Assembly (NCBI GenBank): GCA_034006005.1
Contig: JAVETP010000006.1
Location: forward strand, 9,944 to 73,943
DNA length: 64,000 nucleotides
Direction: 5' to 3'
From: Pseudomonas sp.
GTDB lineage: Bacteria; Pseudomonadota; Gammaproteobacteria; Pseudomonadales; Pseudomonadaceae
Part shown: in pieces, positions 43,628 through 51,544 of the stretch
How the letters are laid out: every line of letters begins with the position of its first letter
How positions within the stretch are numbered: the stretch's first letter is position 1
Translations under genes and position numbers: made by a program
Notes under the pieces: generated by a model
What the model saw: the letters and a program-made list of their open reading frames with translations, nothing else
Databases searched by the model: none
What the model was told of the DNA's origin: nothing

Positions 43628-44629
43628 ATGTCGATTCGTAAACCCATTCTTGCCGCACTCGCATTAAGCGTTATGGCTGGTCACATCCAAGCAGCTGACG
43701 AAATCGTTGTTTACTCTTCACGCATCGACGAGCTGATCAAACCTGTATTTGATAAGTACACCGAGCAAACCGGCGTCAAAATCAAATTTATTACCGATAA
43801 AGAAGCACCGCTGATGGCGCGTCTAAAAGCTGAAGGTGGCAACACACCAGCTGATATCCTGATTACTGTCGATGCTGGCAACCTCTGGCAAGCTGAGCAA
43901 ATGGATATTTTGCAGCCGCTGAACTCAGACGTTATTAAAGCCAATATCCCTGCTCAATACCGCTCTAGCGGTGATAAGTGGACAGGTTTATCACTGCGCG
44001 CCCGTACCATTGCTTACTCAACCGAGCGTGTCACGCCAGAAGAGTTGAGCACCTATGAAGCACTCGCTGATAAAAACTGGAAAGGCCGCCTGTGCTTACG
44101 CACCAGTAAAAAAGTTTACAATCAGTCTCTGACCGCCACTTTGCTTGAAACTCATGGTGCAGAACAAACTGAGAAACTGGTTAAAGCGTGGGTCAATAAC
44201 TTAGCCACCGATGTGTTCTCAGACGACACCGCACTGCTGGATGCAATCAATGCCGGACAATGTGATGTGGGTATCGTCAACAGCTACTACTTCGGCCGTT
44301 TACACAAACAAAACCCAGATCTAAAAGTAAAACTATTCTGGCCTAACCAAGATGACCGTGGTGTTCACGTCAACTTATCCGGTGCTGGTATCACTAAATA
44401 TGCACCACACGCTGACGAAGCGCGCAAACTACTCGAGTGGATGACCACTGAAGAAGCACAAAGCATCTTTGCTGGCGTAAACCAAGAATTCCCTGCCAAC
44501 CCAAGTGTTAAGCCCTCTGAAGAAGTTGCGGCTTGGGGCGAGTTTAAAGCTGACACCATTCCTGTTGAAGTCGCAGGTAAGCGTCAAGCTGAAGCGATCC
44601 GTTTAATGGACCGTGCCGACTGGCGTTAA
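43628..44629 (+). CDS. Fe(III) ABC transporter substrate-binding protein (FutA/FbpA-like)
   Basis: Signal peptide, [35 protein letters not shown] before ATG 43628. Confidence 0.9.
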   Translation: MSIRKPILAALALSVMAGHIQAADEIVVYSSRIDELIKPVFDKYTEQTGVKIKFITDKEAPLMARLKAEGGNTPADILITVDAGNLWQAEQMDILQPLNSDVIKANIPAQYRSSGDKWTGLSLRARTIAYSTERVTPEELSTYEALADKNWKGRLCLRTSKKVYNQSLTATLLETHGAEQTEKLVKAWVNNLATDVFSDDTALLDAINAGQCDVGIVNSYYFGRLHKQNPDLKVKLFWPNQDDRGVHVNLSGAGITKYAPHADEARKLLEWMTTEEAQSIFAGVNQEFPANPSVKPSEEVAAWGEFKADTIPVEVAGKRQAEAIRLMDRADWR

Positions 44630-44645
44630 TCGCTGCATTTGCTTC

Positions 44646-44680
44646 ACAACAGACCGCCTCTTAGGGCGGTTTGTTGTTTT
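44646..44680. terminator. Rho-independent terminator
   Basis: ACAACAGACCGCC...GGCGGTTTGTTGTTTT. Confidence 0.8.
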
Positions 44681-45269
44681 AAGACCGCTTAACTTCTTCT
44701 AAAGAACTGACACCGCGCGTGGCCTCACTCAAGATGTCTTGCAAGGCAGCCACCTGCCCATCGGGGATAGTTAAATTCAAGGCCGCACCCTCTGCATCAA
44801 ACTCTTCACTATTCACCACACCACCCGCCTCAGCAATCCGCACTTTAAAGATATCTAAATAGGTGTACGGACAATGTCCGGTCAAAACAGTCTGTGGCAC
44901 TAAGATTTCACTACTGGCGGTCTGTAAGACTTGATTCGCACAACCGCCATAAGCTCGCGCTAAACCACCGGTGCCTAACTGAATACCGCCATACCAGCGC
45001 GTCACCACGATCAATATTTGATCAAAGTTCTGGTTTTCAATCGCCGCTAAAATAGGCCGCCCGGCGGTACCACTGGGCTCACCATCGTCATTAAAGCGGT
45101 ATTGATCGCCACAGCGCCACGCCCAACAGTTATGCGAAACATTAGGCGTACTCAGCTGGGCAATCAACTCTGGCGCCTGTTCAGCATTAGCTAAAAAAAC
45201 CGCCTGCGCTAGAAAACGGCTCTTACGAATCTCTTCTTGATAGCTGTGCGGTGCTTTGATTATTCGCAT
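44679..45269 (-). CDS. yigZ: YigZ/IMPACT family protein
   Basis: KSRF, HNCWAW, DDGEPSGTAGRP, VTRWYGGIQLGTGGLARAY. Confidence 0.9.
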   Translation of the reverse strand: MRIIKAPHSYQEEIRKSRFLAQAVFLANAEQAPELIAQLSTPNVSHNCWAWRCGDQYRFNDDGEPSGTAGRPILAAIENQNFDQILIVVTRWYGGIQLGTGGLARAYGGCANQVLQTASSEILVPQTVLTGHCPYTYLDIFKVRIAEAGGVVNSEEFDAEGAALNLTIPDGQVAALQDILSEATRGVSSLEEVKRS

Positions 45270-45367
45270 TGAGTGTGCCTTAACAACGGTAACTGTCTCT
45301 ATGTGCTACGCATTTAAATAGCACCAGCCTAGGCTTATAAAAACCCTATGCCGCGCTACAGTCCAAC

Positions 45368-46024
45368 TTAAATTACAGTAAAAACATCTTCGGCTGCTAA
45401 ACGTGATTTCGGCAAAGACGCATTAAAATCAGTCTCTGCTCGATAACCCAAGGCAACCGCAGTAATGGCAGTTAAATCACGCTCATTTAAATCAAATTCA
45501 GCATCCAAAATGGCCTGATCAATACCTTCCAATGGCACTGCATCAATGTCCAGTAATCCGGCACCCAGCAAGAAACTGCCCATATTTAAATAGACTTGTT
45601 TTTCGAGCCAATGCGGCACGTCTTTCTTAGTAAATTTATGCTCATTTAAATAAGCCACACGAGTATTGTGCGCCGCCACTTTGATTTCAAGGTTGGCAAC
45701 AAAACGGCCATCACGCTCCTCAGCCGCCAACACTTTTTGCAAATGCTCCTCATCAATCTGCGTACGTGCGCAAAATAGTACGACATGTGAAGCATTGAGA
45801 ATTTTGCTTTGGTTATAGCTGTAATTGCCACCCGCGCCTTTAGCTAAACGCGCCTTACCCTCATCGGTACTGGTAACAATAAAGTGCCACGGCTGAATAT
45901 TGGTACTAGAGGGGCTTAAGCGCAGCAAAGCAAATAATTGCTCAACTACAGCTTCGGGTAGTTTTTTTGTGGCATCAAAAGCCTTAGTTGCATAACGACG
46001 CTGTAACACTTCAGTGAGTTGCAT
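45368..46024 (-). CDS. nfsB: Oxygen-insensitive NAD(P)H nitroreductase
   Basis: RYATKAFD, SPSSTNIQPWHF, KQVYLN, PLEG, LPKSRL. Confidence 0.9.
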   Translation of the reverse strand: MQLTEVLQRRYATKAFDATKKLPEAVVEQLFALLRLSPSSTNIQPWHFIVTSTDEGKARLAKGAGGNYSYNQSKILNASHVVLFCARTQIDEEHLQKVLAAEERDGRFVANLEIKVAAHNTRVAYLNEHKFTKKDVPHWLEKQVYLNMGSFLLGAGLLDIDAVPLEGIDQAILDAEFDLNERDLTAITAVALGYRAETDFNASLPKSRLAAEDVFTVI

Positions 46025-46398
46025 AAAACACCTGATCTATTGATTATTTAAACTGTCGATTGATAGCCAAAAGTATTCACAACGCGACTCAATAACGACT
46101 CTCTCCAGCAAGGCGCGGGCTATCACACAGCTCATTAACCAACAGACTACAGGTATTTGATCTTCAGCTAAAGCCAGCCGCTGACGCAGTCAAATAACAT
46201 CACCTTTCAATAAGACCAAGCCGCCTGATACGCCCGCCCCGCTCAGTTTAATCCGCCTGACAACAGATCAATCCACTCTGCTGGACAGGCTGCAGTCAGC
46301 ATCCATCACGTATTATCTATATGTATATAACATTTAACGCACATATTAGGTCTCGGCTTTAAAGATTAGCCAACGTAATACAGCGAAGGCTTATTGAT

Positions 46399-47268
46399 AT
46401 GAAATCGCAAATTGTAGAAATCCCCGCAACAGATTGGCAACTTCCCGACACTGACACTCGCTGGATTCGTGCGCTTGAGCAAGGCAAAGTGCTGTACTTC
46501 CCTAATCTACCCTTCATCTTAGATGAGGATGAACAAGCTCTGCTAACGCCTGCCGTACTGGATGAAAAAGTACGTAATATCAGCTTAGCAAGCGATAATC
46601 AGCTCAAAGGTGCAGCCACTGATCAAGATACCCAAGTACTGCTCAGCACCATGCTGAAACGCTATCGCACGCAAGCAGAACAACTGGTGCATAGCCTGCT
46701 GCCAAAATACCAAGGTGCCTTACGCAAGGCTCCTACCAGCTACCGTCCAAAGACCGTTGAAGCGCGCAAACAATCATGGCGTGCGGATGATCGCCGTATG
46801 CATGTGGATGCTTTTCCATCGCGGCCCAATCGTGGTGAGCGTATTTTACGGGTCTTTAGTAATATTAATCCTGAAGGCGTACCGCGTGTTTGGCGTGTTG
46901 GTGAGCCGTTTGCCGATATGATTAAAACCATGCTGCCGCGCAGTAAACCTTATGTGCGCTGGCAAGCGAAAGCACTGCATACACTGGGTATTACCAAGTC
47001 GCTGCGCACAGAGTACGACCATCTGATGCTGCAACTGCATGACTCTATGAAAGCTGATATGCAGTACCAAAAAGAAGCCGAGCAAGTCAGTATGCCGTTT
47101 GCACCCGGCTCGGTTTGGGTGTGTTTTTCTGATCACGCCTTACATGGTGTCGAGTCAGGTCAATATATGATGGAACAAACCTTTCATATTGCCCCAGAAA
47201 ACCAATACGATCCCAGCGTCAGCCCGCTTGCGCACTTAAGCAAAGTTCTGCAGCGCCAGTTGGTTTAA
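46399..47268 (+). CDS. kdoO: Kdo 3-hydroxylase family Fe/2OG dioxygenase
   Basis: LEQGKVLYFP, SWRADDRRMHVDAFPSRP, RILRVFSNINP, YDHLMLQLHDSMK, GQYMMEQT. Confidence 0.85.
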   Translation: MKSQIVEIPATDWQLPDTDTRWIRALEQGKVLYFPNLPFILDEDEQALLTPAVLDEKVRNISLASDNQLKGAATDQDTQVLLSTMLKRYRTQAEQLVHSLLPKYQGALRKAPTSYRPKTVEARKQSWRADDRRMHVDAFPSRPNRGERILRVFSNINPEGVPRVWRVGEPFADMIKTMLPRSKPYVRWQAKALHTLGITKSLRTEYDHLMLQLHDSMKADMQYQKEAEQVSMPFAPGSVWVCFSDHALHGVESGQYMMEQTFHIAPENQYDPSVSPLAHLSKVLQRQLV

Positions 47269-47383
47269 GCACGCTATGATTAAGGCAATACCCGCTGGCA
47301 TACAGTGCAAGCGGGGCAGCTGTTAGCATAGTCTCGCGTAGGCGTTAGATTCGACGCCATTATTCATTCTATAAGGCGTTCAT

Positions 47384-48118
47384 ATGGCTCGTTTACAGGG
47401 TAAAGTTATTATCATCACCGGCGCAGCACAAGGTATGGGTGCCACCCATGCACGCCTGTGTATCGCAGCAGGCGCCAAAGTTGTGCTGACCGATATCAAT
47501 GCGGAAAAAGGTCAAGCCCTCGCCAACGAGTTAGGTAGTAATGCTTTATTTATGCAGCATGATGTCACCAGCGAAGACGATTGGGCGCAAGTGATTGCAA
47601 AAACTGCAGCGCAATTTGGCACAGTTAATGTGCTGGTTAACAACGCGGGTATCACTCAATCAAAGTCGATTTTAGATACATCACTAGCGGACTACCGCCG
47701 CATTATTGAGATCAACCAAGTCTCGGTCTTTCTAGGTATGAAAGCAGTCATACCGTCGATGCAAGACAGCAAGCAAGGCTCGATTATCAATATTTCATCG
47801 ATTAATGGCTTGGTCGGTGGGGCAATTGGTTATACCGATTCGAAATTTGCCGTACGCGGCATGACCAAAGCGGCGGCTTTAGAGTGCGCGCCTTACGGTA
47901 TTCGCGTGAATTCAGTGCATCCAGGCGTGATTGCCACACCTATGATTATGCAAGGCGATACCAAAGCTGCAGTGGAAGCCTTTGCTAAAAACATTCCATT
48001 AAAACGTGTAGCACAACCAGAAGAAGTGAGCAGTATAGTGCTCTACTTAGCGTCTGATGATTCCAGCTATTCGACCGGTGCAGAGTTTATTGTTGATGGT
48101 GGTTTAACCGCACAATAA
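47384..48118 (+). CDS. Classical SDR oxidoreductase (3alpha,20beta-HSD-like)
   Basis: TGAAQGMG, NNAG, YTDSK, NSVHPG, DGG. Confidence 0.88.
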   Translation: MARLQGKVIIITGAAQGMGATHARLCIAAGAKVVLTDINAEKGQALANELGSNALFMQHDVTSEDDWAQVIAKTAAQFGTVNVLVNNAGITQSKSILDTSLADYRRIIEINQVSVFLGMKAVIPSMQDSKQGSIINISSINGLVGGAIGYTDSKFAVRGMTKAAALECAPYGIRVNSVHPGVIATPMIMQGDTKAAVEAFAKNIPLKRVAQPEEVSSIVLYLASDDSSYSTGAEFIVDGGLTAQ

Positions 48119-48133
48119 ACGCGCAGTTTGAGT

Positions 48134-48156
48134 TCTGCACACTCAGAGTGTGCAGA
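48134..48156. terminator. Hairpin between convergent genes
   Basis: TCTGCACACT-CAG-AGTGTGCAGA. Confidence 0.6.
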
Positions 48157-48168
48157 CTAACCTAGTGC

Positions 48169-48540
48169 TCAATGCTTATGTTTATGGCTTTGGCAATCAC
48201 CCTCATGAGAGGATGTTTCGTCAGCTTGCAGTTCACCCTTTAGATACAGCAAGACTGCTGTTTCTGGATCAGTTTCTTTAGTAATCAAGCCTTTAATACC
48301 TTTGCGTGCAAGACGCCTAACCATGCCACTGCCCATCTCTGCAGTAATAAAGACATCAATATCATCGAGTGGATGAGGCTCATGTGCTGAACTCTCATGG
48401 AATGATTGCTCTTTAGGTAATTCAAGCAATTCTTTTTCAGTAATTGCGCCATCTTGCGTGGTAAATACCCAAAACTTACGGCAACGACCCGCATGTTCAG
48501 TGATAACTTTACGGTTTTGACTGGTGACTGCAATTTTCAT
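48169..48540 (-). CDS. NifB/NifX (IssA-like) metal-cluster binding protein, His-rich tail
   Basis: MKIAV, HAGRCRKF, MGSGMVRRL; ends SHEGDCQSHKHKH. Confidence 0.82.
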   Translation of the reverse strand: MKIAVTSQNRKVITEHAGRCRKFWVFTTQDGAITEKELLELPKEQSFHESSAHEPHPLDDIDVFITAEMGSGMVRRLARKGIKGLITKETDPETAVLLYLKGELQADETSSHEGDCQSHKHKH

Positions 48541-48662
48541 AATGACCCCTGTATTCGTTATCTGCAGCGTACTTATTAACGTACAACCGCAGCAAACTTA
48601 CTTAGGATATTAGTATAGTATATTATAACTTTCTGCGCTGCTCTATCAGGTAGGGCAAGTTG

Positions 48663-49118
48663 TCACCCCTCGCCCAACTTAAGCGCATGTTCGCGCACAG
48701 ATGCCTGCAATTGCGCCAACATCGCGGCATCAATACCTCCCAGCTTAGGCAAGTCATTGAGCGGCACCCAAGATACTGCAAACTCGATGGGTGCCAGTCC
48801 TTCTGAGGAGTCGCATTCAAAATGTTGCCATAAATCAGGCGTTGCTTCATGGGTGTGCAAATGAAAAAACCACGCCACAATGCGTTCATCACGACCTATA
48901 TCACTGAGATCACGCTCAAAACTACCGAGACACTTGACTAGTTTAAGCGCCGTTAAACCGGTTTCTTCCTGTGCTTCACGTAACGCCGCAGCAGCCGGTT
49001 GTTCGCCTATCTCAACAGTACCGCCAGGAATTTGCGGTTCTAAATAACGGCCATCTACATATTCCAGAATCAACAACTGATCCACACGAGTAATATAAGT
49101 GAAAACACGATGACGCAT
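48663..49118 (-). CDS. NUDIX hydrolase
   Basis: Nudix box GGTVEIGEQPAAAALREAQEETG. Confidence 0.9.
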   Translation of the reverse strand: MRHRVFTYITRVDQLLILEYVDGRYLEPQIPGGTVEIGEQPAAAALREAQEETGLTALKLVKCLGSFERDLSDIGRDERIVAWFFHLHTHEATPDLWQHFECDSSEGLAPIEFAVSWVPLNDLPKLGGIDAAMLAQLQASVREHALKLGEG

Positions 49119-49171
49119 GCTGCTGCTCCCGTCAGTTTATCCAGCGCTGACCACCCAGCCAGCACAGCCGA

Positions 49172-49387
49172 TCACTGCCAACCTTGACGCCAATGCTCGG
49201 TGTTTTTTAAGTCTTGCCAGTCAATGGCTTCTTCTCGATTAGAGATCACTGCTTCGAGTAAGCAATGAATCACATTACCCTCTTCATCCAACTTTAACTC
49301 AGTGACTAAAAAGTGTTTTTCTTTATTGACTGGGCGCACCGCTGTCCACTTACTGTGCAGCAGTTTTTTCGGATTGATTTGATGCAC
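49172..49387 (-). CDS. TIGR02450 family Trp-rich protein
   Basis: INPKKLLHSKWTAVRP..KEKHFLV...EAV...IDWQDLK...WRQGW; AGGAG SD. Confidence 0.88.
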   Translation of the reverse strand: MHQINPKKLLHSKWTAVRPVNKEKHFLVTELKLDEEGNVIHCLLEAVISNREEAIDWQDLKNTEHWRQGWQ

Positions 49388-49564
49388 TTAAAACTCCTGA
49401 TAATATTAAGTATCTTCTATGATCAATAGCCTACGCGATTAGCACTCAAATATGGCAAAGCTTATTCTATGGATTAAGATGAAATCCGTTGTTAGTTTTT
49501 GTTATTCTAAGCACCTATTTTAACTGCTTATACTGTGTAACATATTTTATAGAAGGTCAGTCCT

Positions 49565-49963
49565 GTGCGAGTTGTTCTTCCCACTACAGAAAGCCTTACC
49601 GTTGAGTTTAAAAGTGATCGCAACGGTTACCCTGATCGAGAGCTGATCGAGGCACTGACTTGCCTCGCTAATACCTCAGGCGGCGAGTTATGGCTGGGCG
49701 TAGAAGATGATGGCAAGGCCAGTGGTTTGCATCTTAAACACCAAAACACCACACATTTATTGGGGCTGATTGCCGAGCAAACTACGCCGCCTTTAGTGGT
49801 GTCAGTTCACCAGCACTGCATTGATTCAGTTCTGGTTGCGCAAATTATCGTACCGCGCTCGAACACGCTGATTGCCACATTTGAAGGTATGTATTTAAAA
49901 CGCCGTATTAAAACCGACGGCACACCTGAATGCATTCACATTACGCCTGAAGACCAACCCTAG
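49565..49963 (+). CDS. Stand-alone (possibly truncated) Schlafen/AlbA_2 domain protein
   Basis: ESLTVEFKSD, LANTSGGELWLGVEDDG; ends right after the domain (RRIKTDGTPEC). Confidence 0.8.
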   Translation: MRVVLPTTESLTVEFKSDRNGYPDRELIEALTCLANTSGGELWLGVEDDGKASGLHLKHQNTTHLLGLIAEQTTPPLVVSVHQHCIDSVLVAQIIVPRSNTLIATFEGMYLKRRIKTDGTPECIHITPEDQP

Positions 49964-50016
49964 ACAATCAACTTAGCCTGCGTTTAAAGCTAAATAATTA
50001 GACTATCCAAGCACGA

Positions 50017-51312
50017 TTAAAGCTCGACACCTGCAGCTTCGATCGCTGCTAAGCGTGCTAGGCCAATACCCGAGATCGATTGCAACTGTGACAACTGAGA
50101 AATCGGCCGCAAAGCAATGATTGCATGCGCACGCTCACTGCCAATATGCGGCAAGCTTTGTAATTGCTGCAGTGTCGCTGTATTTAGATTAATCAGCGCA
50201 GATGTGTTTCTTGCTGGTGCTGGTGTTGAACGGTTTTGCACAGAGCTTTCGGTTGCAAAGTGCTGCAGCGGATTTTCCTCAGGCGTTGGTGCTATCTCTT
50301 GCTCCGCTATCTGCAAACGCAATCCAGCAAAGTCTGCAAACACCTGCACTAAAGCATCTTGCATGACCGTGCGCTCACCCAAGGCTAAAACCAATTCATC
50401 AGCGGCGAATAAACCTGCTACCGCCTCATCCTCAGTGGCAACACCCGCATACTGCCGAGCGAGTAACCCCATAATAACGCGCGGATCAGCGGCAGTTTGC
50501 CCTTCAGCTTGATTGCGTGCGTGTTCAAGTTGCTGCGCGATGATTGGCAACGCAGGCACGGCTGTGGGTAACAAAAGGGTATCGTCTGGATGCAGATGAA
50601 TATACTGAATCAGTCGCAGCGCCGCCTCATCAGCCGTTAATCCAGCACCCCAGCCGACCAATATCAACTGCATGGCTGTTAATAACTCAGGCTGAGTCCA
50701 CTCGCTGATTTCTGGCTGAAATAACAGCTGTGCCGTCTTAAAAGAACGCTTCAGCCGAGCATGACTGATACGCTGTTTAAGCACACCTAAGCCATAAGGG
50801 ATCGACAACACTCGCTCCAATACCCAAGTCAGCAGCATGATGAGCAATTGCAGCACATACCTCAAAGCGTGCCAGGCCATTTGTACACTTTGGCTCAAAC
50901 TGAACAGCAACATATAGATCAATTGAATATTGGCCGCTTTTTTACCGCGCAACTGCACACCGGCAATCTTGACTGAAGAGCGATTGGGTTTAACCCAGTT
51001 AAAGGTGCCCAATGAGTTACGTGTCGAAACGGTGACGCCACTTTTAGATAGATTCAGACGTGTTGGGCCACTGCCATAACGTCCCTGCAGTACAAAACGA
51101 CCATTTTGCAGGGCGATACGTGTATTTTTAGCCACGCGACTCGATACGCGCAAGCCATGCTTGGTATTGGCCGTCACAGTTAAGCCAGCAACTTTCACCT
51201 GCTTACGCAGAGCAATCCCACCGGTGCGACTGACGCGCAGATGACGGCCACGGTGCTCAATACGCTTTTGCTTACCCAACTTATCTTTTTTACCAATATT
51301 TAAAAAGCCCAT
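50017..51312 (-). CDS. Multidomain hypothetical: basic beta-repeat (DUF4236-like) + hydrophobic segment + helical domain + ComEA-type HhH
   Basis: RLNLSKSGVTVS-type repeats; INLNTATLQQLQSLPHIGSERAHAII...ISGIG; AGGAGG SD. Confidence 0.75.
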   Translation of the reverse strand: MGFLNIGKKDKLGKQKRIEHRGRHLRVSRTGGIALRKQVKVAGLTVTANTKHGLRVSSRVAKNTRIALQNGRFVLQGRYGSGPTRLNLSKSGVTVSTRNSLGTFNWVKPNRSSVKIAGVQLRGKKAANIQLIYMLLFSLSQSVQMAWHALRYVLQLLIMLLTWVLERVLSIPYGLGVLKQRISHARLKRSFKTAQLLFQPEISEWTQPELLTAMQLILVGWGAGLTADEAALRLIQYIHLHPDDTLLLPTAVPALPIIAQQLEHARNQAEGQTAADPRVIMGLLARQYAGVATEDEAVAGLFAADELVLALGERTVMQDALVQVFADFAGLRLQIAEQEIAPTPEENPLQHFATESSVQNRSTPAPARNTSALINLNTATLQQLQSLPHIGSERAHAIIALRPISQLSQLQSISGIGLARLAAIEAAGVEL

Positions 51313-51444
51313 GCCAGCCTCCTGCCCACCTCTGCGCTCAATCTATCAATCCATTTAGAGGCTAAAATATAGTCTAAACAGCTATCTAGACTATCAGCCC
51401 ACACAGCATATATCAGCGCTAGAACTCGCTAGCTGCGCACCTAC

Positions 51445-51482
51445 AAAAACAGCGTATGCAATCGAAATCGCAATACGCTGTT
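51445..51482 (-). terminator. Terminator downstream of the TonB receptor
   Basis: AACAGCGTAT...ATACGCTGTT stem with an A-run (U-run on the minus strand). Confidence 0.6.
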
Positions 51483-51544
51483 ATATGATGCCGCTAGCAA
51501 TAAGGCGATGACTAGCCTAGTTGCAACTTAGCTACAGACTGTGG

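Noticed and set aside
46025..46398. Long nfsB-kdoO spacer: riboswitch (GGAGAGA), pseudogene, or Zur half-site TATAACATTT
   Set aside because: Other glycine-riboswitch elements absent, frames are stop-ridden with no identifiable family, and only half of the palindrome is present.
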